Shown: positions 12,101 through 25,942, numbered from the stretch's first letter. The stretch: DNA of 64,000 nt from Octopus sinensis (GCF_006345805.1 NC_043011.1:55874464-55938463), one strand, 5' to 3'. Numbers and translations are program-made. Notes: generated from the letters alone by a model not told the origin.

Positions 12101-12805
12101 ATGGCTGTATGGTTAAGAAAGTTGCTTTGCAACCATGTGGTTTTGGGTTCAGTCCCACTGCTTGGCACTTTGGGCAAGTGTCTTATTCTATAGTGAGAGA
12201 GTTTGGTAAGCAGAAACTGTGTGAAAGTGTGCGTCCTCTGTTGGTCTTCCTCATTGCTTGACAACAGGTGTTGGTTTGTTTCCATCTCATTTTATTGGTT
12301 TAGCATAAGAGACCAACAGAACAATTACCATTTAAAAATCCCATGCTAGTAGGGTGCTAAGAGCACCATCCGAGCGTGATCATTGCCAGAGCAGCTAACT
12401 GGCTTTCGTGCCGGTGCCATGTAGGAGGCACCATTTGAACGGGATCATTACCAGCATTGCCTTACTGGCACCTGTGCCATTGGCATGAGTAAAAAAATTC
12501 GAGCAAGGTCGTTGCCAGTACTGCCTGACTGGCCCCTGTGCCGGTGGCATGTAAAAGCACCCACTACACTCTCGGAGTGGTTGGCGTTAGGAAGGGCATC
12601 GAGCTGTAGAAACTCTGCCAGATCAAGACTGGAGCCTGATGCAGCCATCTGGTTCGCCAGCCCACAGTCAAACCGTCCAACCCATGCTAGCATGTAAAAG
12701 TGGACGTTGAACGACGATGATGATGATGAACTGGGGTCAATCTATTTGACTAAACTGTTAAAGGTAGAGCCCCAGCATGGTCACAGTCCAATGACTGAAA
12801 CAAGT
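12101..12805 (+). mobile_element. Older family A SINE split by a family C insertion (about 12341-12729)
   Basis: The family A body stops at about 12338 and resumes at about 12731 (ctggggtcaatc...gactgaaacaagta). Confidence 0.75.
12341..12729 (+). mobile_element. Family C retroposon, long 5' modules
   Basis: Core plus (GAT)n tail; nested in a family A copy. Confidence 0.88.
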
Positions 12806-14399
12806 AGAAGATCATTTAACAATAAAGCAAACCTAACTCCAAAAAGCACCCACAAGATAAACTTCCATTATGAAACTTTTGTTTATCATCAAATGTAATG
12901 ATTATGTATCCAAATATAATTTATTTGCCGAAAAAAATACAAAAAAAAACCTACACAAATGAACAAAAATATTTCTCAAGTACTTTTCACTAAACACCCT
13001 GATCTCATTTAAAACCATGAATGATTCACAGAAAACAAATTCTTTATTTATTTTATCCTCCAGTGAAGAGGCAAAGAAGTAGCTCCAACATGTTACAGGG
13101 CCTCAAAGCTTGATGGAAAAGAAGGCAGAAAATTTTGTCAGACTTGAAATCTGGACTGAATCTTTGCAACAGAGCGAACTTTGTTAAAGGCACCTAAGGT
13201 GCCAGGTGATGGTCATGTTAAACATCAAGTTCGCTATACATTCAAATTCAGAACTCAAACAGCCAAAACAAGGCATCCAGTCCTATGTTTTTACAATTCC
13301 GTCCACCAATCTGTTGCCTTAAATTGAGACTTTTATTATCGACGCCAAAGGGAGGAAAACCAGAGTTGACCTCAATGGGATTTGAACTTGGGGTATTCAC
13401 AACAAATAATCATAAAAACAGTCAGTCCAATGACTGCCAATTCCCTGCTTCACAGTCCAGACTTTAGCTGCCTTTTTTTTTTTTTTGCTATTACTTCAAA
13501 TAATGAGCATTGTTGGGACACAAGAACAAAGTTTAAGGTCTGCAGTGAAACCTTAACAATTACTGTTTTGTGCCTGAAAGCAGGGATCATAACTCAGAAT
13601 GCCTCTGTTTTGCTGATTTATAACAAGATTTTGTTGCTTTCCTGATTCATAGTTGTAAAAGTAGAAAAAAAAAAAAAACTCAGTTGTTCAATGAATGCCT
13701 GTTGGAAATGGGGGGAAATGGCTGAAAAAAAACATAAAAACAGTAATAGTAACATCAATGACATGTAATTGAAGTTATTATTACTATTTTTGTTACTGTT
13801 TCTATTAAACCTATTATATCAATGTTATCGCTATCAGCAGCCTAGTATTTGTGATGGTGATAGGGTGAGGTGGGAAAATAACAATGTTAGGCAAAATAAT
13901 TCAACTGATAATGGATGGTGGTGGTAGTGGTGGTGGTGGTGGTGCTGATCCTATCACTATAATTAGCAATGTAACAGACAAGGAAAACCATAATTCCAGT
14001 TCTCTTATTTTTTGAAATTGCATCACCATTTTTTGTAGTATGGTCAAAACAATGCTACTTTCTAAATCTAGTTCACTAAACTCATTTTTTAGACCAGAGT
14101 GGAAGAATCAGTAAAACAAGAAATATTAGGAAAGAAACATCATATGATAAAGATATTAATTATGAAAAATGTTTTTTAAATAATCAGAAATTAATATGAC
14201 TTCCGGAAAATGGATATCTTGTTCATAAAATGAACTGAATATTGAATTAATATTTCATAATTACTGAATTGTTTTAAATAGATATCTCTCATTTTTAATA
14301 CTTTTCCCCACTTTTTTAAAACACTTTGGTTACTGTTTATGCAGAAACTCAGTTTTTAAATACTACATTTACAGATGACCTCAGCTTCACCATCAATAC

Positions 14400-14830
14400 A
14401 CTATAGGGCTTGAGAGCATGGATGGCTAAGTGGCCAGGGTAGTGATCAGCAGCCGAGGATGGGGTCCCAAATATTATCCTCAACACTGTATTACATTCAA
14501 AGCCAGGACACATGAAAATGATCAAGCTCTTCAACGTGTAAATAGCTACCTCAGAATAGGAGCAACTTGCTATTTAACCAGCAGCATTTTCGTCATGTTG
14601 ACAAACGGCCTATTATCTAAAGGTATTGAGTTCGCTTGGAGAAGTCAATGTGGAACCATCCTAGAGTTTTCTTTCCAAGAACCATCAGGCAAAGACTAAT
14701 TCTTCAATAGGGAACCTACAACCAGCAAGGATTATGAAATCTCTAATGATGAGAGTGCTGTAGAGTACCTTACATCCTTCTATGGAAACCACGTGAATCT
14801 TAGAAACCCTAAGACTCTACACAGACTCTT
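14400..14830 (+). mobile_element. Possible decayed Helitron Pif1-like helicase fragment
   Basis: ITFKARTHENDQALQRVNSYLRIG and EISNDESAVEYLTSF loosely resemble the Helitron helicase segments L..NMR...F..YLL.IG and D..AV.YP.EFLN. Heavily decayed. Confidence 0.3.
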
Positions 14831-16482
14831 ACTGTGTTGATGCCTTTTAAGAGGGTTTCCGCTTCTTATCTTATTCTGAGTTATAGAAAGAAGCATTAAC
14901 AAGTTGATAAGCTTTTGGGGTCACATCAGCAATATGCTTTCATTTACAGATTTGATAAGACGGATTTTGCAAGACTGAGTTATGACAGCTGTGTGGGTGG
15001 TTTTTATGTAAATGATAAATTAGTTTCAATACCAAGTGTTTTTTTAAAAAATCACTAATATTTTCAATGAAAACTAAATTTAACTAAAAAGAAAATATTC
15101 AATACCCAACTGGAATCTCTTGTTCTATATATCATTTGTAGGTAAGTTGTACACATGCTTAATTATAAGTGAAATTAGGACAAAAGTCAACAGCTGAAGT
15201 GTATTTAGATTAGAGTATTAGTCTGGTAGCCAAACGGAGAGCAAGGTCATTAATGAGGATATTTAGTTAAACACAAGCTAGAAAAGAAAATTATAATAAT
15301 TATAATACATTATATTTATGCTATTTGGTGACAATATTTTTTAATTAGCTTCCCAACAATCAACTTGTTATTTAGTTACATTTGTTCCACCTGACTAATT
15401 TTTTTTTATTTAGATAGTTTGAAAGACTCATTCATAGCTACATGGGAGCACTGACACTGTCTGTGTGTTTGTTTTGGTATAGAGATTATGCAATGCTGGG
15501 GGAGAAACGGAGTTATCAGAAGCAGGTTCACCCATACAAAACGGCTGCTATTTGCCCCCCCCCCTTATACATTTGGTACAAGGCCCAGGCTGATATAAAG
15601 TTTTGCTTTATATCAACATTTATCGTTTCATGTTCCACATTAATTAGCTTAATTTGAAGTTTCAAGCAGAAATAATTTAGAACCCACAAGTTAAGGAATT
15701 TGGTAATTTTTATGTTTAAAGGATTTTCAGTAATTTCATCAAACAAAAAAATTTTGAAACCTAAGCAAACATTGGGGCCTGACACAGTTTTGTGCCTCAT
15801 TGGGTCCTGTCAAACTATCCAGCATCTCATGCCAGCATCTAAAATAAAAATTCAATGATGACATTGAATGAATTAAGTCTAATTAAGTTTATGAACCGTC
15901 AATATATCACCCCCAAAAGAACTCCAATAATTTTGCGTAAATATTTTGGATTTCTAGGTTTTTCTAGTACTTTTAACTTGTGAATGGTGAGTGAAGTTGA
16001 AGCTGCCTGATGCCTTGAACTCAATCAATGTTATGGAAAGCAAGGTCAAGCATCAGTGATCTCATTAGGTGTGAAATTTTACAGCCTACGCAAATAAACA
16101 ATAGAAGCAGTTAATACTGTAAAATAAGCTACTTATCATCATTTAACGTTGGTTTTTCCATGCTGGCATGGGTCTTAATGCAGAGGGGGAAAAAATGGAT
16201 GGAAAAATGATGAAATTAATAGTCCCTGCAAAAATTATAATCTTAACAATTCATTTGAGACATTTATTAAATGATATATCTTTGTTCTAACAATTATTTT
16301 CATCATTTTATAACAATAAGTTCCAATTGCTTTACTTCCCTTATATCTTGAGTCAAATGATTTATTTTAATTTTTAATTTTTGTGAACAATCATTTTCAC
16401 AAAAATTAAAAATTAATATATATATATATATATATATCAATATATGAATTCATTTATGACAAACACAGAAAGCTCCTTTCAT

Positions 16483-16525
<43 letters not shown>

Positions 16526-16818
16526 CAACAATTGAGGAACGGCTACAATAGGCCGTTCGACCCACTAGAAATAGCAGCCAGGGCTCCAACCGCAAATAGT
16601 AGTAATTCCGATATGTAAGGAAAAATTAAAAAAAACATTTACCCTGTTCATCTTTAGACAATGCATTGTTTCGGCGTTTTTTAATGGTAAACCAGCCTAA
16701 TTAAATTAAATTAAACTTAAGTCAATCTTCCAATATATATATATATAAGGATGGCCATAAGTCACTTTACTCATTTCTTTATTATTATTATTAGAAATGA
16801 GTAAAACAACTTATGGTC

Positions 16819-16881
<63 letters not shown>

Positions 16882-17623
16882 CTTCATTGAATGCTTATAT
16901 TCTCTATGGAGGCCATGTGAGAGTAAATCAATAAAAATCATCCTTAAATTATGATGGGACTCAAATATAATTAACAAATATAACAGCGATAGTTTCATTG
17001 ATAGAACCCACTTTCAGAAAATATTCATTGATAAAAGTATTATTAAGTTAATTTCTTCATAAAGAAGAATCATTAATTTAACATTGGTCATCAATGCTGT
17101 CTTTCATAAACAAGATCTACAGAAGTTCCATGTGATATTTGACATTATAAACACCAATTTAAGATAAAAGAAAAGGAGACTCACTGACAAGATTTCAGCC
17201 ATGTGTCTATCTCTTGCCATGAATTGGTTGACACCAATTACACTACAGTCTGCTTGCAATTCCTCAAATTAGGCACTCTAACTGGTTTCTGCAATTATCT
17301 GTAACTAGTTTATCTCCAAGACAATTCCTTGGTCATTTAGTGCTGACAGGAGGATAAATTGTTCTGTTAATGCCCAACAAAGCAACCTGTCTTGTAGAAG
17401 ATTTTACCTGTGTAACATTATTTCTCAATACTTGGACACATTATTGCAGACTTAAAATAATACAGACTTTTAGTAGGAATTTCTATTCTTTACACACATC
17501 TTCTCAGCTGACAATGATCACCCAACAACGCTCAGTGTATTTCTTATATGTTGACCACAGGTTATGGTTATACAATGACACATGCTTACTCTAACTATAT
17601 AATTTGATTGCTTTAACTCTTAC

Positions 17624-17901
17624 CTGGACTCTGGTCTTTCTCTCGGACGATGGTCAATAACACTAATGACACAATCTTCCAAGGAAACATCCTTTAAAGG
17701 CAAAACATTTTGGTCAACAAGGGTCAGCTTGAGCTTCTGATGGAAATGGAGTTTCTGGAGGTCAACATCGTCACGATATATCAAATCATCACAGAGAATT
17801 CCTTGTTGCTTCAACACATGATGCAATGCCTTTCTTAAGTGGACATCTCTCCGGCAAATATTTATAACAGGAATGATAAGCACATCATCTGCTTTGTTTG
17901 T
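17624..17901 (-). CDS. prune: prune-like coding exon 3 (TNKADDVLIIPVINI...LTLVDQNVL...VIDHRPRERPES)
   Basis: Aligns by eye to PRUNE1 FVPVLNIKR...LILVDHHIL...VLDHRP. 278 nt, phase 0/2, acceptor tatttacag, donor GTAAGA. Confidence 0.96.
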
Positions 17902-18635
17902 CTGTAAATATTTAAAAAAAAGCCATTTTGTATTTGATTCAATTTACTCAGGATTTTCAGCATCTTTTATTAAAGTCATTCATTTATGACTCTGCAAAAA
18001 AATTTTTAAAAATCCTACATTTTCCTTTGTTCATTTTTAGCCTGAAATTGTGATTATGTAGAATTTTTTTTTTTTTTTTTGCAAAATTTGTAGGTCATTG
18101 TTTGCGTGTGACACTGAAAAAATCTACTTGTAATCATCTTAAGAGGGGAGAATGAAATCATTGAAAATTAGTTTTTCACTTTTTAGATTCAGAAAAGACA
18201 CATGCGGTGTATTTAAAGAACCAAAATGTTTTTATTCCTGGTGTTTTATATTTTTCTTTTTAAATTTATGTGAAATATCCATTTTTAAAGATTAATTCAT
18301 ATATTATATATATATTCTTTTATTTGTTTCAGTCATGTGACTGCAGCCATACTGGAGCACTATCTTTTCTCAGAAATGCTAATAGAAAAGCTTATAGTTA
18401 ATGAAAAGATTGTATGATAGATCAGACATATGCTTCTTTTGTCTTTCTTGATGAACAAAATTCAAAAATATTTTTCTTAATATTTATCAAATTAAGCATT
18501 TTCCATTCTATTTTGGCTTTTTTTTTTTTTTTTTTACTTGTTACATTTTGTTGAAAATTTTGTCCTATACAAAAATAACTGTTTTCATAGCTAAAAGTCC
18601 TCCAAACAATGAAACAATCATGAAATAATACTCAC

Positions 18636-18740
18636 TCGAGACAAATAAAATGCTTCAACTAGAGATGAAATCACAGAATCCAGATCAGCTGATTCATTTC
18701 CCAAAACAACATGAACAGTTTTATAATCAAATAGATGAGC
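18636..18740 (-). CDS. prune: prune-like coding exon 2 (AHLFDYKTVHVVLGNESADLDSVISSLVEAFYLSR)
   Basis: DHH motif I (GNESADLDS). 105 nt, phase 0/0, acceptor ttttgccag, donor GTGAGT. Too short to appear in the ORF track. Confidence 0.95.
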
Positions 18741-19244
18741 CTGGCAAAATAAGATTTTCAAACACTAATTACATTTCTTAAAAATCATTGGCAAAAAGAA
18801 CAAGATTAATTATTCGATCTTGCACTCTCTTTCACATCTTTATCAGGTGTATTAAATAAGTAAAAATAGAAAATATATTTATCATATATTGACCACTTTC
18901 AAGCATATTTAAAAAGCTGAGAGACACCAAATTGTCAAAATGCATTGTTTCCATAATAAACAGAGCTGAATTATAAATAGCTTTATCTCTTTCAAATGAA
19001 TTTACATTCCACTTTTTTCTTAATGCATTCAATGAATATTCTTCAATCTTTAAAATACAATATTTGTAGCGGGAATATTTAGCAAACAGATCACTATATC
19101 TGATTTTGTGATTTGCTAGAATGCTATCTACAACATTAAAAAAATCTGACCAATCAAGACTTCCCTTGGAATCAGCGCCAACAACAATTTCATCTTTGGT
19201 ACACTTCTTTCTGAGCCAAATTACTACTATATATTCAGCACAGT

Positions 19245-19476
19245 GAAGGCGGTGAGCTGGCAGAAACGTTAGCACGTCGGGCGAAATGCGTAGCCGTATT
19301 TCGTCTGCCGTTACGTTCTGAGTTCAAATTCCGCCGAGGTCAACTTTGCCTTTCATCCTTTCGGGGTCGATAAATTAAGTACCAGTTACGCACTGGGGTC
19401 GATATAATCGACTTAATCCATTTGTCAGTCCTTGTTTGTCCCCTCTGTGTTTAGCCCCTTGTGGGTAGTAAAGAAA
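19245..19476 (+). mobile_element. SINE family B, young copy
   Basis: 17-bp TSD tatatattcagcacagt at 19228-19244 and 19477-19493. Confidence 0.92.
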
Positions 19477-19693
19477 TATATATTCAGCACAGTTAACCCC
19501 ACTGACATCAGTCAGCAGACTGCAGCTGACCAAAGCACTAAATCAACACAAAACCAATGAGCAGACAGCAAACGAGAGACAGTAGCACAATCAGCAGCAA
19601 ACCACAATGAACAAATTGCAACAGCAACACACAATGACCAGCTAACATTTTGACTGCAGCTACATGCACACCAGTTCAAGAATAAAGATCTTC

Positions 19694-19986
19694 ACACCCG
19701 TGTCGGTGACACGTAAAAAGCACCGTCTGACTGGCATCCATGACACGTAAAAGCACCAACCGATTGTGGCCGTTTGCCAGCCTCCCCTGGCACCTGTGCT
19801 GGTGGCATGTAAAAAACACCCACTACACTCACGGAGTGGTTGGCGTTAGGAAGGGCATCCAGCTGTAGAAACACTACCAAATCAGACTAGAGCATGGTGC
19901 AGCTGCCATGGCTTGCCAGACCCCGGTTGAACCATCCAACCCATGCTAGCATGGAAAACGGATGTTAAACGAAGATGATGATGATG
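19694..19986 (+). mobile_element. Family C retroposon
   Basis: Core plus (GAT)n tail. Confidence 0.88.
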
Positions 19987-20957
19987 AATTCTCTTGATGT
20001 TTTGTCATTTGTAGTAACATCTTTTTATATTTACAAAAAGAAATGAATATTTTCATTATCAAAAACCTCAACGGATATCAGTGTCATTCTTCAGAACATA
20101 TCAAAGTCCTACTACTTGAGCTAGTGTGAGCTCTTTACATAAATAATACTTATTTTCTAAACTTAATTTTGTTGTCATAAATTATTTCAGATTTGTTAAA
20201 ATAATATTTCTCTTTTCAATTAAACAGTTGCAATGTGTCCCAAACATTCCAAGTCTTTTGTGCTTCATCAATCAAATCATTTTACATCAATCAACATCAA
20301 TCACATTCTGGTGTAACTTAACTGAAATTTACTCTTTTAAGAATCACTAATTGAAATTTTTACATGCTTCACGATTCCAATCCCCATACATTTTGCTTTG
20401 TTGAAATTTATGTCTAATGATATTATCTAAATATTTAATCTGCCTACTTTCATGCTTATATGTTCACATAATTGTTGATGTTTGACAAGTTTTAGTTGTA
20501 CTGATGACGAAACCTATCTCCTTGACAACAGAATCAATTCTCTCTCGCAGCTCTCACACAGCCGTCAGAGATGAAGTCAATATCTTACATTGGTAGGTAA
20601 AGACTATAATTTTGCAGTTAGTGAAGTAAATATTATTATCCTGTGCAGACTGCAGAGATTTTGTCACTCAAAATATGCACCCAGACAGGCTTCTGCAGCA
20701 TTTGGAGATGAATCTACTCAAACCAGTTGTTCATACTTTGTAAATAAGAAGTTTGGATACTGGTAATATCAGCTATAATAAAATTTAATACATTGTGTCC
20801 CCTAGTGGATAACTAATACAAGGGAAGTAATCATTTTCTCATAACATTTGTAGGAAATTAAGGAATAAAGATGCATAATATACATATTTTATTTCATTTA
20901 TTCATTGTGTTGTTTATTTAATAGAAAGTTCTTAAAATTTCTGGTCAGTGATAATAA

Positions 20958-21385
20958 TCATCATCATTTAACGTCCGCTTTCCATGCTAGCATGGGTTGG
21001 ACAATTTTGACTGAGGGCTGGCAAACCAGATGGCTGCACCAGGCTCCAATCTTGATCTGGCAGAATTTCTACAGCTGGATGCCCTTCCTAACACCAACCA
21101 CTCCGAGAGTGTAGTGGTTGCTTTTTATGTGCCACCGGGACGGGGGCCAGTCAGGCGGTATTGGTAATGACCTCGCTCGAATCTTTTTACACGTGCCACT
21201 GGCACAGGTGCCAGTGAGGCGACGTTGGTAACGATCACACTCAAATGATGCCCTTTTATGTGCCACAGGTACGGAAGCCAGCTGGCTGCTCTGGCAATGA
21301 TCACACTCGGATGGTGCTCTTGGCACCCCTACTAGCACAGGCATAAGTGCCAGTAAGGCGACGCTGGTAACGATCATACTCGAAT
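20958..21385 (-). mobile_element. Family C retroposon, one of the longest copies
   Basis: Core plus about four upstream modules. Confidence 0.88.
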
Positions 21386-21684
21386 CATTTTTAGAAATCT
21401 TCAGCATGTCAAACCGTAAGTATATTAATTAAATATTTCATGAAACAAGACATTTAATAGCTTAAAAATTAAATGGGCTGGAACTAACTATATTCACATG
21501 TAGTAATCTACAAATATAAATGATGTTAAGCATGAATTCTAAAGGATATCCATAAAGCATTATTTTGTCAATGTTTCTTAAAGAAAATAGATGCAGATTG
21601 AAAATTAAGGCTAAAATCATATAATTTAAATCATTTCTTTACAAAAGAGATTTTACATTAACGTAACCCTACAAAATTGAAATG

Positions 21685-22082
21685 TACTCTTTTACTTGTT
21701 TCAGTCATTCGACTGCGGCTATGCTGGAGCACTGCCTTTAATCGAGCAACTCGACCCTGGGACTTATTCTTTTGCAAGCCCAGTACTTATTTTATCGGTT
21801 TCTTTTGCCGAACCGCTAAGTAACGGGGACATAAACACACCAGCATCGGTTGTCAAGCAATGCTAGGGGGACAAACACAGACACACAAACACACGCATAT
21901 ATATATACATACATATATACGACGGGCTTCTTTCAGTTTCCGTCTACCAAATCCACTCACAAGGCTTTGGTCGTCCCGAGGCTATAGTAGAAGACACTTG
22001 CCCAAGGTGCCACGCAGTGGGACTGAACCCGGAACCATGTGGTTGGTAAACAAGCTACTTACCACACAGCCACTCCTGCGCC
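21685..22082 (-). mobile_element. SINE family A, full length
   Basis: Reverse complement nearly identical to 56722-57133. Confidence 0.9.
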
Positions 22083-22919
22083 TGTACTGTTTAATAAAAT
22101 TTTAAAATTCTTCAGTTTTATGGGTTAAAGAGATTGAAAGTGGCAAATAATACCAGTTTATTAGCTGGATGTTACTTCAAGAAACTTCAAAATAACAACA
22201 ATAAAAGTGCATCTATTCATTCTGTTACTCTCATTCTTCTTGTGTTTGGAATGAAACCAGAAGCTTCATTTGCTCCACTTAGATTTTTATCAATGTTTTA
22301 AGAAGACAATATCTATACTGACTTGCTCTATGTACCAGCAAGTTTTCAGTAAACCTCTAATTTAACGAGTAACAAATTTGTAGAACCCCTTACAAATCTC
22401 TTTCTTGCACCTGTGATCCTTTGTTTTGCTTTTTTTTTTCTCAACTTAATGACTGAAGCAGTATTAGTAAGTTTAAGTAACTAATTCAAATGTTTACTTA
22501 AAACTGACTCAGGGAAGTAATTGGTATTTTAGAATAAATTTGTTGGATATGAACAAAAGGTGAGCATGAAAGAGGGAGATGGAGGGGGCAAGAATTATTT
22601 TATATTTCATTTCTTCAACATTTTGTGAGAATTAAGTCTATAAATTCTTATTTGATATCGGTTCTTTTGGCAGGCTACCCTATCAGGTGTTTGAACAAAC
22701 ACCTGGGAAGTTAGTTTAATATCTATTTTCCATCTAAATAGATTATAGAAAGTATATCAGATGTAATGTTGAAGGCCATACCATATGATCCAAGGTCTTA
22801 AATATTTAGCTGTCATACTTTATAGTGAAACCAACAGACACTGGTTCTTCTTACAGGTAAGAAACGGTTCCAATATTGCTAAGTTCATTTGTAATATAAT
22901 TGAATTATAATATATGAAA

Positions 22920-23150
22920 TGGCTGGTGAGCTGGCAGAACCGTTAGCATGCCGGGCGAAATGCGTAGCCATATTTCGTCTGCTGTTACGTTCTGAGTTCA
23001 AATTCCACCGAGGTCCACTTTGCCTTTCATCCTTTCGGGGTCAATTAAATAAGTACCAGTTACGCACTGGGGTCGATGTAATCGACTTAATCCGTTTGTC
23101 TGTCCTTGTTTGTACCCTCTATGTTTAGCCCCTTGTGGGTAATAAAGAAA
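22920..23150 (+). mobile_element. SINE family B
   Basis: TSD aatatatgaaat(gg) on both sides. Confidence 0.88.
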
Positions 23151-23500
23151 AAAAAATATATGAAATGGGTGATATAATCCCACTGAATAGATTCTGAATT
23201 AACAGATTGTAGCACAAAAGAGAAAACAATGAAAACTAAAAGACAATGGGATATATTATTAGGAAGGTAATTACGAAAGAGCAGACAAGTATATCTTTTG
23301 CTGTGAGATTTAAAGAGATGTATACATGTCCTGAATAATGTGAATTTGGAATGAAAGAGTTGTATAACATAATCTGTAAATATTGTATTTCAGAATGGTC
23401 ATTTTGCCAGTTTAGCCAATAAAAACACACGCACTATATATTTGGTGTTACTTTGCTTCAGCGTTATTTATTTTTTACATTAATCTTAATCTTATTTCGG

Positions 23501-23540
23501 CCAGAGTTCTTTCGTCACACTTCTGTGACATCATCAGTGG
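23501..23540 (-). ncRNA. Minimal type I hammerhead ribozyme motif in a prune intron (sense)
   Basis: Minus strand reads CCA-CTGATGA-T-GTCAC-agaagt-GTGAC-GAAA-G-aa-CTC/TGG: canonical core, 5-bp helix II and helix I CCA:TGG. Confidence 0.6.
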
Positions 23541-24679
23541 TCCTTTGCTTTCTTCTTTCTTATTTGTGTGTCTCTCCTTACTAACAGTCAGCCATTTTGT
23601 ATTCCTATTGTATGTGTCTTCATTTGCACATGCTTATATCTCTATGTGCATCTATGTTTAGTTAGTGTGTATGTGTGTGGGGGGGAATGCCTGTAATATT
23701 TGTATCTCCTGTTTATATACGTTCGTGTAATTTGTTTTTGTTTTTGTTTATTCTTAAATCTGAGAATGTTTTTAAGAGTTGATGCATAGAGCTCAGCTTT
23801 CATAATGTTAAGTGAATAATGTAAGAGAAACTTTCCTCTGGATTGGAATGGTAACCTATTGCAGGTTACATCTCCTGATTGCACTTATTTCCCAAAAGTA
23901 AGATGAACTGTGGCAACACAGAAGGTAAAAGGTGCTTAAAAAGTTGAGTAGATAAGTTGAACCTGCTGATAGGTTTTGGGTTCAAATTACTGCAGGTGTT
24001 TCGTTGTGTTAAATACTTAATCCCTCATTACCTCAGTTTACCTAGATGTTGGAAAGGATACCAAATCCCCTAAGAATATCACATTGATAGAGGGTGTTTT
24101 ATCCAAGCAGAGATTTGTCTCATCTACTTCATGGAATAAAACGAGTGAAGCACCAACACTTAAAACCTGTTGGAGTTCAAATGAAAAACATTTAATCAAC
24201 ATGATGATGATACACACTAAGCATTTGTTTTGCAAAGAAACACTAAACTTACTGATAGCAGAATGAAGAGAAAAGGACTAGGGACAGAACTGACATATAA
24301 CTGTACCTCAAATTTGTCAAGGAACTCACAGCTGACACTGGTTCAACCTCTACCTCCTTCAGACATTTCAATCAGTTATCAAGACTCATTCCTCCACAGT
24401 TATAATTCTCCATATCCTATCTGATCAGCACTCTTTAGATAACCAGATTCATTTTCTTTCTTTCGTTCTTTACCAACTAATTCTCTAGTAATTGTATCTC
24501 CAGAAATATAACCTTTGAGGTTTCATGTTCAAATACTTAAGTCTACTCTGTAAATAACTTGATCCATTATCTGGAAATCTTTAATTTCCTTTTCTTTTTA
24601 ATCTTAGTAACAGTTATAAGCTATATCAGTCATCAAAAGTAAACCCTTTCTTATCACTAATTGCTGACCCCTTGATGGC

Positions 24680-24930
24680 TACACAGTAAAAGACCATATA
24701 CATGCCAAGTGTTCCAAACTTCATATCAGCAAGTAATATATCCAAGACATGTGCAACATAGCAGTTCATGACAAACAGGGGTTTGACAACCTAGAACTCA
24801 CTCAGAGAAATTACCAACAATGTTCTGTAAGTGAAAGGCTTGAAATCTCTCCTCTTCAATTCCAGCCATGCATTCCAGTTGCTTCTCTACCAACTATCTC
24901 TCTCTTTCAATAATTCATTCAGCAAGACTA
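24680..24930 (-). mobile_element. Very old RTE-X-like remnant
   Basis: Patchy similarity to the 7530 element (AWLELKR...TAMLH). Confidence 0.3.
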
Positions 24931-25075
24931 CCATTTTTGCCAATGTGTCTTAAATGTCACCAACAAAAGTGCTGCCAATCCAACCACCCTGTACTATATT
25001 GATCCTACATTGCCAATATTGACAAATCTTCAGCTTGAAAATACAATTGAATTTACAGGCCTGAGCCCGTCCGTG

Positions 25076-25107
<32 letters not shown>

Positions 25108-25942
25108 CTTAGGGCTGTGGAATCGTGTAACCAGTCACTTCATTCCTTGAAAAGTAACATTATATCTTTTCTATTTACTAACCCATTGTACATTACATCT
25201 AAATTGATAAAAAAAATAATTGCTAATGAAAGGGAAACTTTCTGCAATTAAAAATAAGATGCAACAGAGAAATCTTAATGGACCATATTTACTAAAGCCA
25301 TTTTGAAGTGAGTGTTTTTCATGTTAGATGCAGTTTTGGGCTTGCAGCAACTTGTGAAATGACAATCCTATGATTGGTGAGACATTTGGAAGAGAAGAGA
25401 GAGACAAGTCTTCTTTGCAGCTATTGATTTAGTGCTTGTTGCCAGAATCCCACACTCTGTTTTATACAAGCTTATGAGGAAGTAAGTGGTGGGGACATGG
25501 TTCAAGTCATGAATGGATCAAATGAGCGAATTAGGCCACGTTTAACGAGTTCAGAATAAACAATAAATAAATAAATAAATAAACACTAAGTAATAGTAAA
25601 CTATGGAAGAAGTAGATAATTACACATTTCTGGATTTTACATGACATATTTAGTGGTAGAGTTAAAGGAAGATTTGATAAGTACTAATTATAGTGACAAC
25701 AAAAGGTTTTCTCTCTTCGTATATGAAAAAAAGAAAAGAAAAAAAAAGAGACAGAAATGAGGTTAAGTAGAGGTGGAATGGTATGAAGATATAGGGAAGA
25801 AAGTGAATTATTGGCAAATGATGGAGAGAGGAAAATTGAGCATCATTTGTATGATGTACCACGTTATATACTGTGTGAAAGGTTGGCTGCTAAGTAAGCT
25901 GAGAAAGTGATGTGAATATCATGTGTGTGTGTGTGTAGACAC

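Noticed and set aside
17185-17260. Alternative prune exon suggested by a GTGAGT donor at 17184
   Set aside because: The compatible frame hits TAA within about 18 codons and there is no polypyrimidine acceptor inside the open part.
20501-20520. CTGATGA-C-GAAAC as a hammerhead
   Set aside because: No helix II between the core halves and no helix I/III pairing.
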